In this document: piece by piece, positions 1 through 11,910 of the stretch
Numbering within the stretch: position 1 is the first letter of the stretch
Layout: each line of letters starts with the position of its first letter
NCBI RefSeq assembly: GCF_001194135.2
Contig: NC_068987.1
Location: forward strand, 46,088,114-46,120,958
Direction: 5' to 3'
DNA from: Octopus bimaculoides
Taxonomy: Eukaryota
DNA length: 32,845 bases
Made by a program: the position numbers and the translations under genes
Notes under the pieces: model-generated
Database searches by the model: none
Told to the model about the DNA's origin: nothing
Seen by the model: only the letters and a program-made list of their open reading frames with translations

Positions 1-525
1 GTATATGCATATATATGTACATGTATGTACATACCTTCATCTACATGTGAATATAGATGCATATCTGGGTACATGACGTTGCAAAAAAACATGGACAAAA
101 TGATAAACAAGGTACAGAAAACACACAGGCCACATAGAGAATATTTCCTTCATCAGCTGCCACCATTATAACACTGGCGTTGATGCATCGTTACAATGGC
201 TCTTCCCACGGACACAAATTAAATTTGTTCCATGGAGGTATGTAGTGGCGGACATAAAACAAGACAGGAAAACGAAACAGTGAAATAAACAAACAAAAAA
301 GGCTATACGGCCAGACGTGAAAAAGTATGTGTATATTGAACGTTGTGAAGCACGAACTGGAATGAAACAGGACGAGGAATGTTCGTGTTTGCATATATAT
401 GTATATATGTATGTATATGTATGTATATGTATGTATCACAAAAATATATACCGTGCTTATTAAATAATATATACATATATATGCAATGGTGTTGATACTG
501 CTACACACTCACACACATATATATA

Positions 526-668
526 GGCACAAGCATGACTGTGTGGTTAAGAAGTTTACTTCCCAGCCACATTGTTTCAGGTTCAGTCCCACAGCATGGC
601 ATGTTGTCTTTTACTATAGTCCAGAATCGACCAAGTACTTGTGTGAGTGGATACAGTAGATAGAAACT

Positions 669-736
<68 letters not shown>

Positions 737-956
737 ACCTTGTGTGATATTTGTAAGTGAGAGAATCACTGTCATACAAGCAGCATCATTCATTTCCAAT
801 ATTCTACAAGTACAGGTCTGGATATGAAGAAATATTACCTTACTTGCAAACAGGTGAGGATTGGTGACAGGAAGGGCATCCAGCCATAGAAAAGCTGCTG
901 CAATGAATTCCATTTGACCAATGCAATCATGGAAAAGTGGATGTTGTGATGATGAT
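526..956 (+). mobile_element. tRNA-derived SINE, family A head with type-1 tail and internal (TG)n
   Basis: A-box-like TGACTGTGTGG and B-box-like GGTTCAGTCCC; head recurs at 6505, 12513(-), 21062 and 28993; tail AGGAAGGGCATCCAGCC...GAAAAGTGGATGTT-(GAT)n. Confidence 0.85.
672..734. repeat. (TG)n microsatellite
   Basis: Perfect dinucleotide run inside the SINE. Confidence 0.98.
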
Positions 957-1839
957 CTTAAAAATTGTTTTGTAACCATAGAAATTGTTTTTTAACAAAA
1001 ACCTTTGTATATCTACATGCATGTAGACAAACATACATGTGATTACACACACACACACACACACACACATGCACACACATGTATTCAGACACACTCACAC
1101 ATACACACATGCATACATATCTGTGTCTGTAGTTGCAAATGTGCTTACGTTTCCAGGTATAAATACGAATTTTAAAATTTACCTTACACAGGTGCAAAAC
1201 ATACACTCATATACACTCACACATTCATACACACACAAACACAAAATAATAAAGTGAGCAAGTAGCTATAGTAATGGTGATGGTGGAAACAACAGTGGCA
1301 GTAGTAGTAGTAGTAGCAGTAGCATTGGCAGCAATAGCAGAAGCAGCAGTGGTAGCAGTAGCAGTAACAGTCAAATCAAGTGATAAAAGAATGTAAAGTT
1401 GTTACTAATTTAAAACACCTTTAATTAGAGTTTACCTGTGAAATGCCCATAGCACATGACAACACACACACATATACCTTACTAGGTATGTATATTTACA
1501 CATTCATGTGTGCTTACATACATATACATTTACCAGCATAATGTCTGCTTACTCATGCATACCGATGCATATATGCATTTACACATACACATGTTTCATT
1601 CTCATGAGTTTGTGTGTGTGTGCATGTATCTGTCACACAGACTTTCATATGAAATTCAAACACATATGTATTCAGATGTATGAACCCCTGTCCCCTTTGC
1701 AAATAACCACTTGAAATAGAGTTTAGGAGCATTTATATCTATATCTATATCCATCTATCCTGGAGACGATGTCTCCAGCGGCTAAACAACAGTAGCATTC
1801 GCCCCAAAATAGGGCTGCCACATTAAGTTGACAAAAATT

Positions 1840-2270
1840 CATTACTTTATATCTATCTATCTATCTATATATATATATACATATATATATACATATATGT
1901 AGTGCGTGCTTCTCCTCCGGATTTATTTCTACAAATGATCTTATATTTATATATATATATAGATATAGATACACACACACACAAACACACACACATACAC
2001 ATATATATATGTATATATGTATGTAAATGTCTGTATGTATCTGTATATATATATATATATATACATGTATGTATGTAAATGTTTGTATGTATCTGTATAT
2101 ATATGTTTGCGTGTGTGTGTGTGTATGTGTGTATATATATATATATATATACTCACACACACATACAGATATACACATGCACATGCATACAACAAATCCA
2201 TACACACACACAACACATGCATACACTCACACACACACACACACAACACACAACACATACATGCACACAC
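1840..2270. repeat. Compound (TA)/(CA)/(TG) microsatellite
   Basis: Seen directly; explains the YI/CV/HT ORFs. Confidence 0.95.
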
Positions 2271-2510
2271 AGTACTGCCAAGAAAGTTCATGGTATCCAA
2301 ATGCTATTTACAAGTGCAGTTTACAATGCAATTTACTGTGCAGTGTGCATCTAATAATAGCATGTGCATTTCTAATGATATAACACTACTGCTGCATTGC
2401 ATAAGTGCTCTGCTAGTTGGTGCAGCAAATCTAGTCGGGTGGTTGCATCAGCTCATTGCACTTCCCTGTGTTCCTAGAATATCTATGGATTGTATGATGT
2501 AGATCTCTAC

Positions 2511-2550
<40 letters not shown>
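2511..2550. repeat. (TTG)n microsatellite
   Basis: Perfect trinucleotide run. Confidence 0.97.
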
Positions 2551-2552
<2 letters not shown>

Positions 2553-2779
2553 GACCCCAGATCAGACTTGATCGAGCAGATCAATGACCAGTGATATTCC
2601 AGATGTGATCACTCTACCTTTTTCGTATGTGTAAGTAACATCCGGGACCATATAGTTTAAATGTGCCACATGCTATGTGCCATTTTTAAAGATGGTAATG
2701 TAGAACATGAGGGATATTTAGCTGCCATTTCTGTCTTTTGCAGTGATTATGCATGACTATGAAGCTATCCCTTCATTTG

Positions 2780-3205
2780 TTTTTGTTGGTAGTGGTAGTG
2801 GCAGTGGTGGTGATGGTCATGGTTGTAATGTTAGTAGTAGTATTATTGGTGGTGGTTGTAGTAGTGATGGTGGTGCATCTTTGATGGTTGCGGTGCATGT
2901 GTGATGGCATTGATGGTTGTTGTGTAGATGATACCAGTGGTGTGTGTGATGGTATTGGTGGTAGTAGTAGTAGTAGTAGTGGTGGTTGTGGCTGTTGTAG
3001 TAGTTCGTAGGGGTTGTGTGGATGTTTGTTATAGTAATGTTACTGTTTGAAAGCAGGTGGAGGCCATCAACATTTCTGGGATTAGTAGCTGCAGTGGGGG
3101 GGGGGGTAGTGGTTCCAGTACTAATACTACCAACTGTACTCATTACACTTGTCCATAGTAGTAGTATTAGTATTATTATTATTATTAGTAGTAGTAGTAG
3201 TCATT
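2780..3205. repeat. Degenerate (GGT)/(AGT)/(ATT) trinucleotide low-complexity tract
   Basis: Seen directly. Confidence 0.85.
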
Positions 3206-4271
3206 ATTGCCAACTGTCCTACCATGTATATGGGAGATTCTAGCATCATTATTGCCAACTGTCTTACCATACTTGTGTGGCCAACAAGCTAACTTTTTTG
3301 TGGTTGCTCAACTGCTAGAAAAAATAGCCGAATTTCCTTCAAATCAAATTTTGCTTTTCTGCAGTAAGATGCATTGGATAATGTTATCATAGATAAAATA
3401 TGGGAACAGTGATGGGCTGGGATACAAATGGGATTAGGATTCAGAAGAGGGGAATATGAGAGATTTAAATTTAATTCAATCAAACATAATTTCACTTCAT
3501 TTCTGATAACAAGACCTCCACCATCCTCATCTCTTGGACTATATGCCTGCTCACTGATTACAGGTAAGTTCACCACTATCAGTTCATCGCAGATAAAGTT
3601 CACTGTGAGGAAAGTTCACTGTGAGGAAAGTTCACCGCAAGGAAAGTTTACCAAGAACATGCAGCTATGCAGCCATAGCATCTCACTATTAATAGCTAAA
3701 AACTATTTTATTGAAAAAAAAAACCAAAAAAAAAACCAGTGGAATGATGACTGAATAGCAAACAGATCAGTCAAAATGCTTAGTGGTTTTTTTACATCAT
3801 TCACCACTCATAGATTGATAAAATAAAGCACCAGCCAAATACTAGAGTTGATGTAATCCATGAACTTCCAATCACTAAAATAGCTGGCTTGTGCTAAAAT
3901 TTAAAACAAAAACTAATAAACTTATTAGTTAAACTAAGAGGGGCAGGACCCATAATTCATATGATCTGGTTGGGGTTAGGAATAAAATGTGAGATAGGAT
4001 TAGCAATAGGGATTTTGGGGTTAAATGTTCATTTCAACTGTTGCATGTCACTTGGTGGTGGTGGTCAGTAAAAATCTAGTAGTCAAAATGGCTACCCAAC
4101 GATCTAAGTAAATTCTGCCTATTAGGAGTTGTAGTAGCTACCATGTATCACCTACAATAAGAACTTTCTGCCGCTAGTTATACCGCTTCCAGAATTTTAG
4201 TGCATAGATTCAATCTTGTCATTCGGATGACAGTTCAAAGTTCAGTTCTATATTTAAGAGATGAGGAATTA

Positions 4272-4428
4272 TGTACATTATTTACATTATTTACATTCGA
4301 TGGATATTTGTCCTCATCTTGTTTGTTGTTAACACAATGTTTTGGCTGATATACCCTCCAGCTTTTGTTAACAACAAACAAGATGTGGACAAATATCCGT
4401 CGAATGTAAATCATGTAAATAATGTACA
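4272..4428. repeat. 157-bp fold-back (63-bp arms, 3 mismatches, 31-nt loop)
   Basis: 4272-4334 is the reverse complement of 4366-4428. Confidence 0.95.
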
Positions 4429-4641
4429 GTTCAAAGTTGTTTATATGGGGTAACATTACATTATGGAGTTGAACATACAATTTCCTGTGATTCAGACCGC
4501 CTCATGGTTCAAGCAGACATAATGGAAAAGGTGTTGCTCCAAACGATAGCAAGTGAGATGTACTGGAACAGCCACTTTGACTCATGGGGCTTGCACTTGT
4601 AGATAGCCACCTCTGCTCCAATAGCAGTGAGCAGGATGTCT

Positions 4642-4864
4642 GGTAAGTTGACCGTCATCAAATCACCGCAGGGAAAGTTCACCGTCATCATTCCACGGGT
4701 TTTTTTTTTTTTTTTTTTTTTCAATAAAATAGTTTTTAGCTATTAATAGTGAGATGTTATGGATGTATGTTCTTGGTAAACTTTCCTTACAGTGAACTTT
4801 ACTCACAATCAACTTTCCCCGCAGTGAACTTTCTCTGCAATGAATTGATGGTGGTGAACTTACC
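4642..4864. mobile_element. MITE-like element with GGTAAGTT(C/G)ACC TIRs
   Basis: 11/12 TIR match; internal GGAAAGTTCAC subrepeats; a partial copy starts at 3563; no clear TSD. Confidence 0.65.
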
Positions 4865-5124
4865 TGTAATCAGTGAGCAGGCATATAGTCCAATAGATGA
4901 GGATGGTGGAGGTCTTCACTGCCACAGATTTGACCATAAACCTGTTAGAGAGTGACTAATACCTTGACAATATAGACAAGAAGTGAATTTCCAAGTGGTA
5001 AAAGCATTGAGAAAAAGGCTTTATGAGTTGGTTTGCGGTTTGTGGTGTGGAGTCGAAGGACCCATTAAAAGTGATGAGAAGAAATAGAGACAGTGTGGCA
5101 TAAAAGTAAGGGATACAGAGTTAA

Positions 5125-5312
5125 GCCTTTAACATTTAGCTTACTCCGTCAAATTTATTCACATTGTTTTGAATTAATCATACATTATCTCATACCTTTG
5201 AAATTTTAATGATGTGATTGCATATTTTTAGAATGAGATTACAAGTTAGGTATAAGAGGCCAGATCTGGTAGATTATTTGGGCCAAATATGACCAGTTTA
5301 AATGCTAAAGGG
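5125..5312. mobile_element. piggyBac-type non-autonomous MITE
   Basis: TTAA on both sides (5121-5124, 5313-5316); TIRs GCCTTTAACATTTA / CCCTTTAGCATTTA (12/14). Confidence 0.8.
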
Positions 5313-5523
5313 TTAAGCAGTTCAGTAGAGTTAAGGACCATTGTTATCAGCCAGAGCAAGACAGGGAGAGGAAACAGGTGAACAGAAGACTTTGTTGTAG
5401 TATCTTAAGGAGTGAAGGTTTACATGGAGTTCAAAATGAACACAAGAAATTTCCTGGAAAAGATTTGCATATTTTCTTTTAATAATTGGTGGATGTTGGC
5501 TGAGTTAAAAGTTGGGCTCAAAA

Positions 5524-5834
5524 TTAGAAGAAGAAGAAGAAGAATGATGAGGGGGAGGGGGAGGAAGAGAGGAGAGGAGAGAAGGAGGAGGATAATGAGG
5601 AAGAGAGGAGGAGGGGGAGGAGGATAATGAGGAAGAGGTGGAGGAGGAGGATAATGAGGAAGAGAGGAGCAGGAGGATAATGAGGAGGAGAAGAAGAGGA
5701 GAGGAGGATAATGAGGAGGAGGAGGAAAGAAGGGGAAGAAGAAGAAGAAGAGGAAGGAGAGGAGAAGGAAAGAAGAAGAAAGGAGGAAGAAGATGTAAAG
5801 AAAGAAAGGAGAAAAAGATGATGATGATGATGAT
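5524..5834. repeat. Purine-rich (GAG)/(GAA)/(GAT) tract
   Basis: Seen directly. Confidence 0.93.
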
Positions 5835-6504
5835 GAAATTTGTTAATATTTTGTTGCCTATTCGAGATACATGAGTGAGCGTCGAGTCAACAACAATTTA
5901 AAGCAGCAATTGCACGAGATTTACTCAGCGAACCTTCCGTCGTCTTCTAACAACTCTGCTGTCACTCGACTGACATGTCACAACATCCGAACCGGTACGA
6001 CATCCTGCCTTGACAGATTTTTCATTTATTTCTCCTCTGTAGAATGATCTAGAGGTTTCTTTAATCAATACATTTCTATATTTCATTTTTCGGAATCTCT
6101 TCACATCATTTGCAGTGGCCAGCCTCATCCAACATCCCAACAACCTTCCCATCATGACCACCACCACTGCCATTCTTTTTCTTCTCACTTGTCTTGTCCG
6201 TGTTCCAGCATGGCTGCTTGTTCCCTTTAAAGTCTTCAAAGGATTCACTCAAGTTTCGAGCTCTTTTTACATGTATACAAAATTCTTTGACAATCAGTGT
6301 GCAAGTGCATGTATGGGAAGAGGTGTATGTACATGTATGTGTATATCTGTATGTATTTATGTGTGTGTGCGTGGGAGGAGGCAATGTTGTGTGTGATTTT
6401 CTATGCACATATGAATGCGTGTGAGTAAGCATTTGTGAATGAATGAGCATATGGATGTGCATGTGTGCAATTGTGTTTCTTTTTGTATGTATACATGCAT
6501 ATAC

Positions 6505-6665
6505 GCACAGGCATGGATGTGTGGTAAGAAGTTTGCTTCCCAACCACATGGTTCCAGGTTCAGTGCTACAGTATGGAACCTTGGGCAAGTGCCTTCTACT
6601 ATAGCCTTGGGCTGACCAAAGCCTTGTCAGTAGTTTTGGTAAATGGAAATTGAAAGAAGTCCATT
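6505..6665 (+). mobile_element. SINE family A head, 3' truncated
   Basis: GCACAGGCATGGATGTGTGG...GGTTCAGTGC...GAAAGAAGTCC matches the other family A heads. Confidence 0.85.
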
Positions 6666-6699
6666 ATGTATGTAAAATATATATGTAAAATTGTGTGTG

Positions 6700-7310
6700 A
6701 TCTGATAGAGGTATCACCTTCAAAACCAAGCTTAGTATCTATGAATCTTGCATTTTAACGGTCCTCCTGTACACTTCTGGGACCTGAACGACATATCGGC
6801 GCCACATCAAGGCTTTAGAAAGATTCCATCAGACTTGCCTAAGGAGGATACTAGACATCAAATGGGTGTCTTCAACGCTAGACACCGTTTTTCTTCAGCA
6901 GGCTAACACATCCAGTATTGAAATGATCCTCATACGCAATCAGATGCGTTGAGTTGGGCACCTTGCTAGGATGCAGGACGACAGGTTGCCAAAGCAGTTG
7001 TTTTACGAGGAGTTGCAGCGTGGCAAACGTCTGAGACAAACCTAAGAAACGTTTTAGTGATGCTGTCAAAAGCAACCTTAATGTGAAAGTTGAAGACTAG
7101 GAGCAAATGAGGCAAATTCGATCGGTTTGGAAACAAATGATCTACAATAGATGTAAGGCATTTGAAGCTCGAAGAATTGAACAATCTATCTTGAGACGAG
7201 CACTTCGTAGACGGGACTTAACAACAATCCCTGACACTTTTCTGCTTTAAAATATTTATAAGGTCTGCAGTAGAGTTTGTTTGTCAAGAACAGGACTTGC
7301 TAATCACACA
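6700..7310 (+). pseudogene. RTE-clade LINE, C-terminal RT/thumb region and zinc-finger remnant
   Basis: Hand translation DRGITFKTKLSIYESCILTVLLYTSGT*TTYRRHIKALERFHQTCLRRILDIKW...QMR*VGHLARMQDDRLPKQLFYEEL, later KVCSRVCLSRTGLANH; contains stops and frameshifts. Confidence 0.9.
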
Positions 7311-7367
7311 CACACACATACACACACACACACACACGCACGCGTACACACACACATCTACATATAT

Positions 7368-7730
7368 ATCATCGTCATCATCTTCTACCGTCCGCTTTCC
7401 ATCTGGCATGGGTTGGACGGTTTGACTGAGGCGAGTCAAGGGAAGCTGCACCAAGCTCCAATCTGCTCTGGCAAGGTTTCTACAGCTGGACGCCCTTCCT
7501 AACGCCAACCACTCCAAGAGTGTAGTGGGTACTTTTTACGTGCCACTGGCACGGAGCTAGTCAGGCGGCATTGGCAATGATCACGCTCGAATAGTGCCTT
7601 TTACGTGTCACCGGCATGGGAGCCAGTCAGGCGGCACTCGCATCGACCATGCTCGAATGGTGCTTTCCATGTGCCACCGGCACGGGAGCAAGTCAGGCGG
7701 CTCTGGCATTGACCACACTCGAATGGTACT
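7368..7730 (-). mobile_element. SINE 3' part (type-1 tail) with three 65-66 bp tandem units
   Basis: Reverse complement reads AGGAAGGGCGTCCAGCTGTAGAAACC...GGAAAGCGGACGGTAGAAGATGATGAC; units start at 7529, 7594 and 7660. Confidence 0.8.
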
Positions 7731-7744
7731 ATGTCGTTGTGTGC

Positions 7745-7951
7745 GCCTTTGTGCCCCACCACCACTTCACAACCGGTGCTGGTATGTTTACATCCCCATA
7801 ACTTAGCAATTCGGCAAAAAAGACCGATAATACAAGTACCAGGCTTTAAAAGGAAAAAGGTACTGGGGTCGATTCATTTGACTAAAATCTTTCAAGGCAG
7901 TGCTCCAGCCTGGCCGCAGTCTAATGACTGAAACAAAATACAAAACAAAAG
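7745..7951 (+). mobile_element. SINE family A 3' half with type-2 (CR1-like) tail
   Basis: Matches the 3' half of 11911-12513; ends GCCTGGCCGCAGTCTAATGACTGAAAC. Confidence 0.85.
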
Positions 7952-8375
7952 TTACATGTGTGGAGTGTGTGAGTGTGTGTGTGTGTACATGATTGTGCAT
8001 GCGTGAATACACAAATGAAGCTGTCCAAATGCATACATGTGCATGTGAATGCATGTCTATGCACAAAAGACAGTGTCTGTGCGCGCATGTGTATGTGCAC
8101 GCATCTGTGTGTGCTTGTGTGCAATGACATGTAATTTTTTTGGTCTGCATGCATACATGTGTGTGGATGTGTGTGTGAATGTACATATGAGTGATGAGTG
8201 TGCATGCGTGTGTGTAATGATGTTTCTTCCTGCATCCGTATATGTACATGATTATATATGAGTGTGAATACATATATGAGGGTGTGTGAATGTGTCTGTA
8301 TGCGTGCATACATTTATTAGTGTGTCTGTGTATATGTACAAGCATGTATTTGCCTTAGCATCTATGAGTGTGCAT

Positions 8376-10887
8376 TAGAGTGGCCTTTAGCAATAGGTAA
8401 TTTTTCGAAAGTTATAATTTTGCCGCTCCCACCCCCTAATCCTGTTCCAAAAAACAAAATAATAGGGGTGTACAAAATTTCAGCTTAATCAGACAACTGG
8501 TAGGCGACCCTCAAATGCCTTGAAGTTGGAACATAGTATACACAATGATTAATTCTTTTCAAAAGCAGTATACTGTTCCCTTTCTCCACCGTTTTCTATT
8601 TTTCTTCTTAAAGAAAATTATGTGGACACATCCAGGCAACCCCAAAAGATGTTTAAAAACGTTCAGAATCAAATTTACCCATATCTGATATGAAAAATTC
8701 CTGAAATAGATGAAAAACTTAAGAAATATTAGGTTTTCTTAATAAAGCACACAACTCCTATAAGAGAAACGCATTTTTATTTACAACAATAATTTCTATA
8801 GAACTAAAAACATAATGTGAACACTGAACACTGAATATTAAACATATTTTTGCATAAGAGACGATTTAGTGGCAGTTGGATATGTTTTACAGTTTTCGGT
8901 AACGATCGGTTAAACAAATCGTTTCTCAGTTTCATCTTCTGTGAGAATGTTATTGTAATCCTGAATGAGTTTGATACCTCTTTCTGCAACATCATTCACA
9001 ACAACTGTCTTTTCAAGTTTTTCAAGTCCACTTTTGTAACTAAGATCATCCTTCCCCGTTGAAGGGTTTTTGTCGAGGAAATCGGTGCTGATAGAAAATC
9101 TCGTGAAGCAAGTTCTTGTACCAGGCGTTACAAAAGACGAAAACTCGATGTTTGTAAATGAAGAAAAGTCATTTTGGTGCAGTTGATTTTTTCTCTTCCT
9201 CTTCTTCACTTTTTTTGCTTCAAACATAACTTGAGCAATATTTGCCTTCATTTCTATTGGAACATTGTCATCAAATATAGATAGAGCCACAGTTTCGGGG
9301 GCTAAGTACCAGAGGTGAATGGAAAATTTTTTCGCAGCAGCCTTATTGATTCCTTGATCAATATTCTGATAATTTATCAGTTGACACATGAATAGGAAAT
9401 CATGATGAGGTGCTTTAATTACCTCTGATGACAGAAACCAGGCTCGAACATACACTTGAACAAGAAAAATACTTATTTTTCTTAAAGGGTTCTTCTCCCA
9501 GGAGATAACTGAAATTGATTTTGAAACAGGTATATCTTGAATGCGTAAATTGCTTTTGACATTCACCTAGCATGATTTACAGTTCCTGCTGTACGAAACG
9601 ATATCCCGTTCTTCGGAATGCCGCCAAGAAAGGTCATCATTAACTCCAACAATTCTCGGTAATCAATTCGCTGTTGTTTCTGTGTAGAAAGGTGGTATTC
9701 AAGAAATCCAAGAATGGTAGAGCGGACATTATCAGGCACTTCATTGCTACTAGTTATGTAAACCTTCTTGTTGAGTTTCGTACCGGTTTCTCTAAATCTT
9801 TTGAAAAACGTCATGTCTGGACCAGAAGTTGCACCCATCAGTGTCACAACAACTCCTAAAAACTAACTCAAAAATGTGATGACAGCAAGGGAAGTACAAC
9901 AGGTCGCGATTGAACAACTTTTCTAGATTTGTACTGGTGCTGTCGTATCACAGCATGATGCCTGAATTTTGTCAATTATACCCCACCTCTCCACTGCTTG
10001 GTAAACAGCCATGGCTTGCTGTTCTCCTGAAGATATTGGAATTTCAGGGACTCCCAACAATTTCTCCTTGCCTTGAAGAATTATTATTATTGCCAGTCTA
10101 TCAACCTTTTCAACGCCTGCGAGTGCTAGGAGCAGCTTTCCATCTCAGTGCAACGCTAATTCTTGACAGTCGTTTAGGTTAAATTTGTACTGTATTTCTG
10201 TGTCTCGCTTCTCTAAGGCATTGAAAATAAATATAGAAAGGACATAACATTATAAAAACGGAGAGGTTATAAACATGGTATTACAACTTTGTCAGGGCTA
10301 CCAACAAAACATGGGAAGATCTATATCGTAATGCACCACAACAAAATGAATGAGGGCTTACAAGTTATTACAAGTAAATTAACTTATATTTACAAACGTG
10401 GACAAATCATATTAGTTTACTGCTTATCACTAACATATATTTCTTGATATTTTATTTCTCAACACTACCATTAGGTGCAGTACAATTCCTTCAACGGACG
10501 AACGTAACTCACAACCTCACTCGCTCATGGCTGGCCGCCGACTGGATGACGGCGAAAAATAGGTGTTTGACCTATATCTGTGGTCTGTCCCCAGCTTTGC
10601 AAGTTGCTTTCCCCATTATATTTATTGTCACTTATACTTCTAATACCAAGAATAAGTCTGAACAAGTTTTTAATTTAAGAGAGAATTAAATAAGTGATAA
10701 AAAAATTTTTTATCTGAAAAAATGACTTTCCGGGCAAAAATTTCAAAATTTCATGGTCGCTGAGGTTCGCCTTGCAGTTGTTCGATTGAGCTAAAATTTT
10801 GCATAGATTGTTTTTTTTTGTTAATTAGAACAAAATAGTTGAGTGGGAGCTAAACTTTTAGAAAGTTGAAAAATAAGGGCCACTCTA
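8376..10887 (-). mobile_element. hAT-superfamily DNA transposon (hATm-like), both ends present, 2512 bp
   Basis: TIR TAGAGTGGCC(T/C)TTA 13/14; 8-bp TSD GTGTGCAT (8368-8375) / GTGTGCTT (10888-10895); imperfect subterminal similarity; internal transposase remnant. Confidence 0.9.
8910..10170 (-). pseudogene. Decayed DDE transposase of the hATm-like element
   Basis: Motifs in order: LALH*DGKLL...VDRLAI...LLGVP...CCDTTA, LLYFPCCHHIFEL, QRIDYRELLEL...HAR, HLWYL, VVNDVAERGIKLIQDYN; stop at 10145-10147, deletion after DTTA, frameshifts. Confidence 0.88.
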
Positions 10888-11177
10888 GTGTGCTTGCATG
10901 TATAACACTGTTTATATATGGAGTTATGTATGTGCAGGCATGTATATATGAGTGTGTAAGGGTGTGTGCATGTTTATATACATAACTACATACACACACA
11001 CACACACACACATGTATATATTTGTATTGCAAGATTCCTGATGTGAAATCGTGTGTTGAAACAAATAGATATTGTATTTTGGGACGGTAATTTTTTTTCT
11101 TTTTGCCAACTAAACACACGCACTATATATTTGTTCTTCACTCGTTTATTACTGTTCTTATTTAAATGCATATCCAT

Positions 11178-11222
11178 TGTCCGGAAATCTTTCGTCACAC
11201 ACCTGTAACCTCTTCAGCGACA
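11178..11222 (-). ncRNA. Minimal type I hammerhead ribozyme (Penelope-type)
   Basis: TGTCG-CTGAAGA-G-GTTACA-ggtg-TGTGAC-GAAA-GATT-TC-CGGACA; core intact, 6-bp stem II with G10.1-C11.1. Confidence 0.75.
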
Positions 11223-11910
11223 CTTCGTTTTCGTGTGTGCTCTTGCTTTTCTGATCTTCTGAGGTGTGTCCTTATGTGCGCATACGTTTGCGTCGTGTTT
11301 GTGTGTGTGTGCTTGTGTATGTGTTATTGTTCTTAGCAGCAGTATAGCCTTCCTCTCAGCCTCATCCTCTCACCCCGTTGTCGCTGCTGTCCTAGGACCC
11401 CCAAAATTTGGTACAGTTCCTCTATCTCTTTATGTTTGTGTGGAAGATGAACTCAGCGGAGTCAATAAGCAACCAATAATGGGTATATATATGCAATAAA
11501 TATATATGTATCTTTAGTGGCTTCTTTGAATTTCATTCAAGTGAAGCATGGAAGAAATAAGTAACCTTCATCTTCACAACTTCGAAGTCAGTGGTAGCAG
11601 GTAAATGAGAGCAATTAATGCAGGTGACCACATAATATCATGTTAGGCTAGAAGCCATGATGCCGAGTAAACATCCAGAATAAACTTCCTCATCCATAGA
11701 ACTGCATTTCCATCTAGCTCCTAACACCTTGGGTGTTTTTTTGTTTTGTTCTCAACTCTTTTTCACTCATCCCATGCATTTCCTCTCATGAAGGACTAAT
11801 GTCCGAAATGTTAGGGCTCTTTCCTTCTTTTAACTTCTACAGTATTTTGTAACACTTGTCTCGCCTGTGCTATCATTTTTTTTTGTTTATTACATTTCCT
11901 TTATATATAT

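Larger units (their letters stand above)
3511..4916. repeat. Pair of ~240-bp inverted repeats (3511-3751 and 4684-4916)
   Basis: AAGACCTCCACCATCCTCATC...GTGGAATGATGAC at 3511-3751 matches the reverse complement of 4684-4916 with scattered substitutions and indels. Confidence 0.93.

Noticed and set aside
100-200. CTGATGA on the minus strand at 150-156
   Set aside because: No properly placed GAAA, stem II or stem I partner; cannot be folded as an HHR as it stands.
1760-1778. Perfect 8-bp hairpin CTGGAGAC-GAT-GTCTCCAG
   Set aside because: Could be a Helitron-like 3' hairpin, but spacing to CTRR is atypical and there is no other support.
1039-2502. HT/CV/YI-rich ORFs here and at 7803-8345 and 27682-28736
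   Set aside because: Dinucleotide microsatellite translations.
4496-4552. 57-bp phase 1-1 candidate exon (DRLMVQADIMEKVLLQTIA), with WNSHFD downstream resembling the hAT RWNS motif
   Set aside because: Too short, no recognisable homology, and such splice pairs arise by chance.
7529-7730. Regular repeats resembling a CRISPR array
   Set aside because: Contiguous diverged units with no unique spacers, in a eukaryotic context.
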